Of a stretch of DNA of 64,000 nucleotides, positions 8,458 to 15,885 are shown piece after piece. The notes under the pieces were generated by a model. It saw nothing but the letters and a program-made list of their open reading frames with translations, was not told where the DNA came from and made no database searches. The DNA lies in IMG/VR virus record IMGVR_UViG_3300032236_001478, positions 1-64,000 of that record. One strand, given 5' to 3'. Source of the DNA: a virus. Each line of letters starts with the position of its first letter. Position 1 is the first letter of the stretch. Made by a program: the position numbers and the translations under genes.

Positions 8458-8883
8458 TTACAATTTGATTTCAAATCGATTCTTCATTTGAAGAAGTTTA
8501 TCTTCAGGTACACCGTGAATATTTTCACCTCCGTGCCTATTTTCTACAACAACAGTGTGTACACGATAGTTGTATCTTTCAGCCATATCATAATAAGCTT
8601 GCATTTCCCATTCCTGAGTAAATGTATTTGCAACAACAATTTTAGCTTTTCGTTGTCTCATTCTTTCTGAACATCTAAATTGACAATAATTATGAGCTTC
8701 TTTTAATCTGTTTGCATCAAAATTATATGTACCTTCTTTATCCACAAAAAAATCATCAGCAGATAAAATTTCAGGTTCGTCAGTTTCTCTAATTTGTAAT
8801 ATAACTTTTGCTAATGTTGATTTCCCAGAACCGGGTAAACCCCTTAATAATATTAATTCACCTTGCAATTCAACAGTATCCAT
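8458..8883 (-). CDS. P-loop polynucleotide kinase-like protein (AAA_33)
   Basis: LRGLPGSGKSTLA, SADDFF, VVANTF, HGVP. Confidence 0.85.
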   Translation of the reverse strand: MDTVELQGELILLRGLPGSGKSTLAKVILQIRETDEPEILSADDFFVDKEGTYNFDANRLKEAHNYCQFRCSERMRQRKAKIVVANTFTQEWEMQAYYDMAERYNYRVHTVVVENRHGGENIHGVPEDKLLQMKNRFEIKL

Positions 8884-8901
8884 TGGAGAGATTTAAGGAT
8901 T

Positions 8902-8930
8902 AAAAAAAAAGGCTGGCATTGTTACCAGCC
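8902..8930 (-). terminator. intrinsic terminator
   Basis: GGCTGG/CCAGCC stem with T9 on the minus strand, after the lipoprotein gene. Confidence 0.75.
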
Positions 8931-8937
8931 CAGTTTC

Positions 8938-9132
8938 TTATTTAACAGCTTCTTCTGCTTTTGCACCACCTTTAGTTGAATCAACTGCAGTTGCTGTTGA
9001 ATCAGTAGCTTTAGCTGTAGTATCAGTTGATACAGCTGTTGAGTCTTTTGTTTCTTTTGCGGCAGACCCTGAACCACATGCAGTTAATGCTAATACAGCA
9101 GCAACGGCGAATAAAAAAGTGTATTTTTTCAT
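8938..9132 (-). CDS. small Bacteroidota-type lipoprotein
   Basis: Lipobox LTAC; repeated D(S/T)T motifs. Confidence 0.8.
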   Translation of the reverse strand: MKKYTFLFAVAAVLALTACGSGSAAKETKDSTAVSTDTTAKATDSTATAVDSTKGGAKAEEAVK

Positions 9133-9176
9133 ATAAAGTAAATATACGAAAAATTACTCTATTAACCAAATCCAAT

Positions 9177-9205
9177 AAAAAAACCCCAACGAGATGTCGG
9201 GGTTT
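9177..9205 (-). terminator. intrinsic terminator
   Basis: Minus strand AAACCCCGAC-ATCTC-GTTGGGGTTT with T tail; G-U pair forms only on the minus strand. Confidence 0.8.
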
Positions 9206-9276
9206 AAGGTCTTTGGGTGGGTTCAACCCCACTTACTTTTAAAAACGAAAAGGTAATCGACAAAGAGAACCTACCA
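9177..9276 (-). ncRNA. candidate structured small RNA (three-way junction plus terminator)
   Basis: TATTTATA box at 9281-9288(-); closing stem AGGT..CTTTG/CAAAGACCT; inner hairpins TTAC(C)TTTT/AAAAGTAA and GTGGG/CCCAC; then terminator. Confidence 0.45.
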
Positions 9277-9316
9277 AGAATATAAATATATATAACTTAG
9301 TAGAAAAGTCAAGTAT

Positions 9317-11335
9317 TTATAAGATTTTTTTTGTCAAAACCAACTTATCGTCTTTATATTTCAATGTAACTGCTTTATTTTCAACAATGTTACCTTTAAG
9401 AATTTCTTCACTTAAGAAATCTTCACACAAATTTTGTATGATTCTTTTAATTGGTCTTGCACCATATTCCTCTTGTGAATTCAATTCTAAAACTCTTTGA
9501 TTAACAGATTCGTCAATTTTGATTTTGTAACCTTTTTCAACTAATCTATTGTTCAATTTGTTTAATTCAATTGAAATGATTTTATTTAATACATTAGTAT
9601 CTAATGCATTAAATAATACAACATCATCAATACGATTTAAGAATTCTGGATTGAATTGTTGCTTCAAGGCTTTTTGTATGATAGTCTTTTTAACTTCATA
9701 CTTTTGTTCTTCACTTGATGTTGTTTGGAATCCCATTCCTGTACCAAATTCAGAAACTTTTTTAGCACCAACATTTGATGTTAAGATAACAAGACAATTG
9801 GTAAAATTAATTTTCTTGCCAAATGAATCTGATAAATGACCTTCATCTAAAATTTGTAATAGAATATTGAAAACATCTTTATGTGCTTTTTCAATTTCAT
9901 CAAATAATATTACTGAGAAAGGATTGTTCTTAATTTTTTCAGTTAATTGACCACCTTCATCATAACCAACGTAACCTGGAGGTGAACCGATTAATTTAGA
10001 AACGCTATGCTTCTCCATAAATTCACTCATATCAACACGAATGATTTTTTCAGGGTCGCCAAATAATGTTTCAGCTAATGATTTAGCTAAGAATGTTTTA
10101 CCAACACCAGTTGACCCTAAGAAAATAAATGAACCAATTGGTTTATTTGCGTCTTTGATACCAACACGATTTCTTCTAATTGCTCTTGAGATAGATGAAA
10201 TAGCTTCGTCCTGACCAATTACTTTAGCAGATAAGACTTCTTCCATTTTCAATAATCTTTGCGACTCTTTCTCGTCCAATTTAGTAATTGGTACACCAGT
10301 AATCATTGAGATCATTTCATAAACATCATCTATTGTAACTGGAACTTTATTATTCTTTTGTGCTTCAGCCCAATTGATTTTTTCTTGTTCCAATTTGTCT
10401 TGCAACTTTCTTTCGTCATCCCTCAACTTAGCAGCTTGTTCGTAAATTTGTTGCTTAACAACTTCCAATTTTTTCTCCTTGATTTCTTCTATTTGCTTTT
10501 TCAATTTTTCAATTGCTTCAGGTACCACAACAGAAGTTTTCTTTTCAGAACCCAATTCATCTAATACATCGATAGCCTTATCAGGAAACTGTTTATCGGT
10601 GATATAACGATGAGCTAACTTAACAATTGTTTCAATAACACCATCATTATATTTTACTTTATGAAAATTCTCATAATTCTCTTGTAAATTTTTCAAGATA
10701 GTGATTGTTTCTTCTTGAGTTGGTTCGTTAAGAATAATTTTTTGGAATCTTCTTGATAACGCACCGTCTTTTTCAATTGATTTTTTATACTCATCAAATG
10801 TGGTTGCACCAATTACTTGAATTTCACCTCTTGCTAATGCAGGTTTCAATATGTTAGCAGCATCCATAGACCCACTAGCATTACCGGCACCGACCATTGT
10901 GTGTAACTCATCAATAAACACAACTACATTGGGTGCTTCTAATAATTCATTTAATATTGCTTTAATTCTTTCCTCGAATTGTCCGCGATATTTTGTTCCA
11001 GCAACAAGAGCAGTTAAATCTAAAGACATGATACGTTTGTCTAAAAGATTTGTTGGACAATTACCTTTTTGGATCATCATTGCTAATTTTTCAACTAACG
11101 CAGATTTACCAACTCCAGCATCGCCAACAATAACAGCATTGTTCTTTTTCTTACGAGATAAAATTTGTGCAATTCTTTTTACCTCAGCATCTCTACCAAC
11201 AATTGGATCAATCTTTCCGTCCTCAGCTAACTTAATTAAGTCGCGAGAAAAATTGTCTAAGATTGGTGTATTGGAACCCTTTTTTGTTTTTTTCGGATTA
11301 AGGGTTGGTCCGTCTTCAAAAAAATCTACTGACAT
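9317..11335 (-). CDS. clpC: ClpC-like AAA+ chaperone lacking the N-terminal domain
   Basis: Two AAA modules (GDAGVGKS/FIDELH; GSTGVGKT/FDEIEK), pore loops KYRG and GYVG, UVR coil YEQAAKLRD, MGF ClpP-docking loop. Confidence 0.9.
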   Translation of the reverse strand: MSVDFFEDGPTLNPKKTKKGSNTPILDNFSRDLIKLAEDGKIDPIVGRDAEVKRIAQILSRKKKNNAVIVGDAGVGKSALVEKLAMMIQKGNCPTNLLDKRIMSLDLTALVAGTKYRGQFEERIKAILNELLEAPNVVVFIDELHTMVGAGNASGSMDAANILKPALARGEIQVIGATTFDEYKKSIEKDGALSRRFQKIILNEPTQEETITILKNLQENYENFHKVKYNDGVIETIVKLAHRYITDKQFPDKAIDVLDELGSEKKTSVVVPEAIEKLKKQIEEIKEKKLEVVKQQIYEQAAKLRDDERKLQDKLEQEKINWAEAQKNNKVPVTIDDVYEMISMITGVPITKLDEKESQRLLKMEEVLSAKVIGQDEAISSISRAIRRNRVGIKDANKPIGSFIFLGSTGVGKTFLAKSLAETLFGDPEKIIRVDMSEFMEKHSVSKLIGSPPGYVGYDEGGQLTEKIKNNPFSVILFDEIEKAHKDVFNILLQILDEGHLSDSFGKKINFTNCLVILTSNVGAKKVSEFGTGMGFQTTSSEEQKYEVKKTIIQKALKQQFNPEFLNRIDDVVLFNALDTNVLNKIISIELNKLNNRLVEKGYKIKIDESVNQRVLELNSQEEYGARPIKRIIQNLCEDFLSEEILKGNIVENKAVTLKYKDDKLVLTKKIL

Positions 11336-11356
11336 AGGTTATAAGTTTGTTTGATA

Positions 11357-11364
11357 CAAATCTA
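11357..11364 (-). promoter_or_regulatory. Bacteroidota primary-sigma -7 element (TAGATTTG) for clpC
   Basis: Exact TAnnTTTG 21 nt upstream of the start. Confidence 0.55.
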
Positions 11365-11392
11365 ACACATATCATTCTAATTTCCAAAAATT

Positions 11393-11463
11393 GACAAATT
11401 GTCTTGAAAATAATTTATAAAACGACATTTTGACAAATAAATTTGGTTGGCAAAAAAATTGAT
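11393..11463 (+). promoter_or_regulatory. sigma54-like -24/-12 promoter with upstream TGACA repeats for hsp20
   Basis: TGGC-N7-TTGA at 11448-11462; TGACAAATTGTCT and CGACATTTTGACA upstream. Confidence 0.45.
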
Positions 11464-11488
11464 ATATTATTGGAAAATTTTATATACT

Positions 11489-11854
11489 ATGATAACATTA
11501 TTTAATAATCCATTTTTTCAAGCATTCGACAAAGCATTCGAATCTAAATTCTTATCAACACCTGAAACTAACATCTCGAAAACTGAAACTGAGTATGTGG
11601 TTTCAATGAGTGTTCCTGGTTTAACCAAGGATGACATTAAAATAAGCACTAAAGAAGGTGTGTTGAAAATCACATATGAAAAATCAGAAGGTGATGTTCA
11701 GCAATATTTTATTGGTAGCTTTATTAAGTCATATAATATTCCAGATGATGTAAAAGAAAAAGATATCGAGGGTAAAGTTGAAAACGGTGTATTAAGATTG
11801 GTATTACCGATAGACAAGAAAAAAGCCATTGAGCGTTTGATTTCACTAAACTAA
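11489..11854 (+). CDS. small heat shock protein Hsp20
   Basis: Alpha-crystallin motifs VPGLTKDDI, F.KSYNIP, ENGVLRLVLP; C-terminal LISL. Confidence 0.9.
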   Translation: MITLFNNPFFQAFDKAFESKFLSTPETNISKTETEYVVSMSVPGLTKDDIKISTKEGVLKITYEKSEGDVQQYFIGSFIKSYNIPDDVKEKDIEGKVENGVLRLVLPIDKKKAIERLISLN

Positions 11855-11890
11855 AAAAGACCCCCTTATTGGGGGTTTTTAATTTTTTTT
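11854..11890 (+). terminator. intrinsic terminator
   Basis: ACCCCC-TTATT-GGGGGT flanked by A and T runs. Confidence 0.8.
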
Positions 11891-11953
11891 GCCTAAAATT
11901 TTTTTTTGTCATTTCTTTTATGTAAATTAGTAGTGTAACAAAAATTAAATTTT

Positions 11954-12202
11954 ATGAGTGTTAAAAAAGAAAAAATCACAGGTAAGATGATTGATGTACA
12001 AATCAAATCATCAAGTTTGAAATCAGCGTCTTATGACTGCTTAAACGAAAGTATGACTGTTACTTTCAATTCTGGTGCTGTTTACAAGTACAGCGAAGTA
12101 CCTTTAAGTATCTTCACTAAGTTCAGAATGGCTAAGTCTCAAGGACAGTATTTCAACAAACACGTCTCTCCTAACTTCATGTATCGCAAAGTTAGAAAGT
12201 AA
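11954..12202 (+). CDS. KTSC domain protein
   Basis: SSSLKSASYD...MTVTFNSGAVYKYSEVP...AKSQGQYFN. Confidence 0.85.
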   Translation: MSVKKEKITGKMIDVQIKSSSLKSASYDCLNESMTVTFNSGAVYKYSEVPLSIFTKFRMAKSQGQYFNKHVSPNFMYRKVRK

Positions 12203-12237
12203 AAAAAATAAGCCCCGAGAATTCGGGGTTTTTTTTT
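12202..12237 (+). terminator. intrinsic terminator
   Basis: GCCCCGA-GAAT-TCGGGGT followed by T run. Confidence 0.85.
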
Positions 12238-12263
12238 GGATATTTATTGATATAATAAATTAT

Positions 12264-12509
12264 ATGTCAGTAATATCAGAAAAAATTGATGGTAAGAATA
12301 TCATCGTAGAAGTTAAGTCTTCTAACATTAAATCAGCACATTATAACACAGAAAGCGAAAATTTAACTGTAACATTTAATACAGGTGGTATTTATGAATA
12401 CGCTAAAGTTCCTTGGCAGAAGTTTACTAAGTTTAGAATGGCTGAATCGCATGGTAAATTTTTCAATGAACAAATAGCAAAAGCACACAAATACACAAAG
12501 GTAAAATGA
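12264..12509 (+). CDS. KTSC domain protein (paralogue)
   Basis: SSNIKSAHYN...LTVTFNTGGIYEYAKVP...AESHGKFFN. Confidence 0.85.
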   Translation: MSVISEKIDGKNIIVEVKSSNIKSAHYNTESENLTVTFNTGGIYEYAKVPWQKFTKFRMAESHGKFFNEQIAKAHKYTKVK

Positions 12510-13249
12510 GTTTATTCGAAGAATTGATTGAGGATAAAAAGGAGGATAAAAAGATTATTAAATCTTTTGAGACCAAAGAAACGTTATCACCGCAGATATT
12601 TGAGGCTAACGAAAAGATGCGTGAAGATGTTAAAAATAGGTTATTGGATATATCTGATGATTTTATTGAGTCTTTGGGGGTTGAATTTTTCATACATGAT
12701 ATAGTTTTAACAGGTTCATTAGCAAATTACAATTGGAGCAGTTATAGCGATGTTGATTTACATATTGTTATTGATTTTGAGGATTCAGAATACGATCCGG
12801 CATTGCTTAAAGAATATTTCGACGCAAAGAAAAACGTTTGGAACGAAAAACATAAGATTAAAATTAAAGGATATGATGTTGAGATTTATGTACAAGACGT
12901 AAAAGAACCACATATATCTTCTGGTGTTTATTCAGTTCTTAATGGAAAATGGGTTATCAAACCTAGTAAAAAGAAAGTAAAAATAGACGATACTAAAATA
13001 TTGCAAAAAGCAGAATCAATTGCAAATAAGGTTAATAGCTTAAGAATTGATACTGATAAAGCGATTCTAAATAAAATTGAAGACCTAAGAAAAAAGCTTA
13101 AGGAGTTTAGACAATCCGGTTTAGATACTGGTGGTGAATACTCTTATGAGAATTTAGTATTCAAATTATTAAGAAGAAATGGTACTATTAAGAAACTATT
13201 GGACTTAAAAACAAAGCTAATCGACAATAAATTGTCTGTAGCGCAATAA
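12506..13249 (+). CDS. Pol-beta-superfamily nucleotidyltransferase
   Basis: LTGSLANYNWSSYSDVDLH (hGS..DxD) and third acidic strand DVEIYVQD; ATGA overlap with KTSC gene. Confidence 0.8.
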   Translation: MSLFEELIEDKKEDKKIIKSFETKETLSPQIFEANEKMREDVKNRLLDISDDFIESLGVEFFIHDIVLTGSLANYNWSSYSDVDLHIVIDFEDSEYDPALLKEYFDAKKNVWNEKHKIKIKGYDVEIYVQDVKEPHISSGVYSVLNGKWVIKPSKKKVKIDDTKILQKAESIANKVNSLRIDTDKAILNKIEDLRKKLKEFRQSGLDTGGEYSYENLVFKLLRRNGTIKKLLDLKTKLIDNKLSVAQ

Positions 13250-13278
13250 ACAGGCTTATTTTTTTTCCTATATCTATG

Positions 13279-13286
13279 TATTTATA
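13279..13286 (+). promoter_or_regulatory. putative late promoter TATTTATA
   Basis: Recurrent motif upstream of virion genes. Confidence 0.6.
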
Positions 13287-13320
13287 GGATAAGAATAATT
13301 ATACATAATAATTTTAAAAA

Positions 13321-14451
13321 ATGGCAGAGTACAAACCTCTAGGTAGTGAAAAGTTACAAGCGGATGACAAATTAAAAAGAATCCTTGAATTAGCTTACTA
13401 CGGTAACAATAAAAAATCCTCAACAAGCAAAGCTGAATTAGTAAAAGAATCTAAAAATGGCGGCGTATACGGTATCGTTAAAGAAAAAGACGGTTACTAC
13501 GTAAAAAGAGGTTTAAATGAATCATCTCTTGATTACATAGGCGGATTGTTTATGAAGAACAAAAACAAATTTTCTTCATATGCAGAAGCATTTAAAAGAC
13601 TTGAATTACTTAAAGGTCAAGAAGAACTAAACGAAGCAACAAAATATGTTTTGAAATTAAACAATGAGGTTGCTCCACCAGTTCAAGGTATGGAACCAGA
13701 AGCAGCGCCTGCTGCGGCTCCAGCACCAGCTCCTGCCCCAGCTCCTGCGGCATCAGACGAACCACCAGCACCACAAGCACCATCAGACGAGCCTCCAGCT
13801 CCAGGTGCAACTGAACCATCTCCAGAAACTGGTGATGATGACAATGCTGGTATGCGTTCTTCATATATGGAAGAAATCCAAAAATTTGCTGGTAAATTAG
13901 GTCAAGAATTAAGAGACCAACACGAAAGATTAGAAAGTGACGATATCAAATATGTTTTGAATATGATTATTTCAGCTGTTGATTTGGATAAATTATCAGA
14001 TGAAGATATCAAAGAAATTGGTAAAAAGTTTGAGAGAGAAGAAGAAGGTGCAACTGAACCAACTGGTGAAGAAGAACCAGCTCAAGAACCAGCTCCTGCT
14101 GAATTACCTGCTGCTGAAACAAGTCCAGAAACAGAATTAAGTGAAAATAATCCAATGGATAAATTAGATGAGTTTATCAATTCACCAAATTTAGGTGAGG
14201 TTGATTTATCTGATTACACTGTGGATAGTGATGCTGCTGGTGACGATGATTTAACTTATGGTAATCCTGGTCAAATAACAAAAAGCCAATTAGGTTGGGA
14301 TTCTGATGATGTGGATCACCAAGAGGTAGCACAAGATCAAATCACAAACGAGGAAGAAAATATTGACGAAACAAAGGAAATTGATTTAGAGGAAATTAAA
14401 AGACAAATAAATCAAGCAATAGGTCAAACATTAAGTAAACATTTTAGTTAA
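13321..14451 (+). CDS. acidic Pro/Ala-rich hypothetical protein (probable internal head protein)
   Basis: Late box; multiple LxE motifs; lies in head module. Confidence 0.6.
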   Translation: MAEYKPLGSEKLQADDKLKRILELAYYGNNKKSSTSKAELVKESKNGGVYGIVKEKDGYYVKRGLNESSLDYIGGLFMKNKNKFSSYAEAFKRLELLKGQEELNEATKYVLKLNNEVAPPVQGMEPEAAPAAAPAPAPAPAPAASDEPPAPQAPSDEPPAPGATEPSPETGDDDNAGMRSSYMEEIQKFAGKLGQELRDQHERLESDDIKYVLNMIISAVDLDKLSDEDIKEIGKKFEREEEGATEPTGEEEPAQEPAPAELPAAETSPETELSENNPMDKLDEFINSPNLGEVDLSDYTVDSDAAGDDDLTYGNPGQITKSQLGWDSDDVDHQEVAQDQITNEEENIDETKEIDLEEIKRQINQAIGQTLSKHFS

Positions 14452-14453
14452 TA

Positions 14454-14852
14454 ATGCATCTTATATATGTCAATGAAATCGGTCAAGATTACAAAGGACA
14501 AAAACAATACGAATTCATTTTCAGTGATCAATTTGACATTGATATGGGTGAGTGGTTTGTCATTCCTGCTGCATCTAGTAGCCAAAGTAAATCGCCTGAC
14601 ATCGAATATGTTGATGTAGTTGGGCTCCTTAAAGATTCAGATTTAGATTTAGAATTAGTTCAGAACTCCGATTATTTCGGAGTTATTGACGCTGTAGATG
14701 GCGTAATCTCATTAGCATGGGAAAAATTTGATTTTGATAAAGCTGAAAGGTTAACTTTCAAATTTGGCGAATCAATCGAATCTGTTACTAAAAAGTTAAA
14801 ACAACAAGGTTTAGTTTTAATAAAACAAGAAATCAAAACACAAAATATATGA
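14454..14852 (+). CDS. hypothetical protein
   Basis: 132-aa ORF within operon. Confidence 0.65.
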   Translation: MHLIYVNEIGQDYKGQKQYEFIFSDQFDIDMGEWFVIPAASSSQSKSPDIEYVDVVGLLKDSDLDLELVQNSDYFGVIDAVDGVISLAWEKFDFDKAERLTFKFGESIESVTKKLKQQGLVLIKQEIKTQNI

Positions 14853-15859
14853 AAAGAAGTGAAATAATTGGTAAACTTATTAATGAAGGTTTATCTGAAA
14901 AGACATTATCTAAATTAACTGATAATCAAATTAACATATTAGCAACTAGAATGTTAAGTGAACAAGACGATAATAATGATGAAGGTAAGGGCACAACAAT
15001 AGTTAAATCAACATCACCAGATGCTGCTAAAATCGCTAAAGATCTAAATAATCAAGGTGTTAATGTAAGCATGACTGAAGACCTAAAAGGAAATCAAAAG
15101 AAATTAGATAAAAACCATAATGGTAAAATTGACGGACAAGACTTCAAGATATTGAAAGGTCAAAAAGATAAAACTAAGACTTGCGATGGATGTGGTAAAG
15201 AAATGAGTAAGTGTACTTGCGATGAAAAACATTTAGAAGAAACTAAACCATCAGCTGGTTTAACTAAGAAAGAAAAAAGTGATGTTGTTAAAAAAGCTAA
15301 ACACGGTGGTGATATAGGTAAAAAAGGTAAAGGATTTGAGAAATTAGCGGATAAAGCGGCTAAGGAATATGGTAGTAAAGAAAAAGGTCAAAAAGTAGCT
15401 GCGGCTGCAATGTGGAAAAATGTACAAAGAGAAGGCGCTGAGAAACAATCTTGGGTTAAAAATTTGGTAGAGAATGAATATTTTCATAATTTCACATCAA
15501 AAGGAGAAATTATGGAATTAATTAACGCAAAATTGAATGAAGATACAAAACAAGGTTTACCTGATTTTTTAACTTCTAAAGCTATTAAATCAGCTCAAAC
15601 AACTGATGAAGCTAGTGCACCAACAACTAAACCAAAACCAACTACAAAGCCAACAACAAAGCCAGGTAAGCCTAAGCATGACCCGTATAATCCAGGTCCT
15701 AAGCCAAATCCAGGCCCACAAGCTGAAGCTGCGCCAACAACAAAGCCAAAGCCAACTACAAAACCAACAACTAAACCAGGTAAACCTAAGCATGATCCAT
15801 ACAACCCTGGACCTAAGCCAAACCCTGGACCACAAGCTGAAGCAAAAAAAGCAGCATAA
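14849..15859 (+). CDS. hypothetical (probable head-associated) protein with EF-hand-like loop and tandem 38-aa repeat
   Basis: DKNHNGKIDGQDF; CDGC..CTC; C-terminal duplication. Confidence 0.65.
   Translation: MKRSEIIGKLINEGLSEKTLSKLTDNQINILATRMLSEQDDNNDEGKGTTIVKSTSPDAAKIAKDLNNQGVNVSMTEDLKGNQKKLDKNHNGKIDGQDFKILKGQKDKTKTCDGCGKEMSKCTCDEKHLEETKPSAGLTKKEKSDVVKKAKHGGDIGKKGKGFEKLADKAAKEYGSKEKGQKVAAAAMWKNVQREGAEKQSWVKNLVENEYFHNFTSKGEIMELINAKLNEDTKQGLPDFLTSKAIKSAQTTDEASAPTTKPKPTTKPTTKPGKPKHDPYNPGPKPNPGPQAEAAPTTKPKPTTKPTTKPGKPKHDPYNPGPKPNPGPQAEAKKAA
15617..15844 (+). repeat. 2 x 114-bp in-frame tandem repeat
   Basis: APTTKPKPTTKPTTKPGKPKHDPYNPGPKPNPGPQAEA twice; 18 synonymous and 0 nonsynonymous differences. 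Confidence 0.95.
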
Positions 15860-15885
15860 ATATATTTTAATAATTTGTAAAAAAA

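Noticed and set aside
9207-9272. tRNA gene (GGGTTCAAC T-loop-like on plus strand)
   Set aside because: 6-nt loop at the wrong position; no cloverleaf, anticodon arm or CCA
9549-11354. Plus-strand ORFs antisense to clpC (and similar ones antisense to portal, scaffold, tape measure)
   Set aside because: Antisense shadows of well-supported genes
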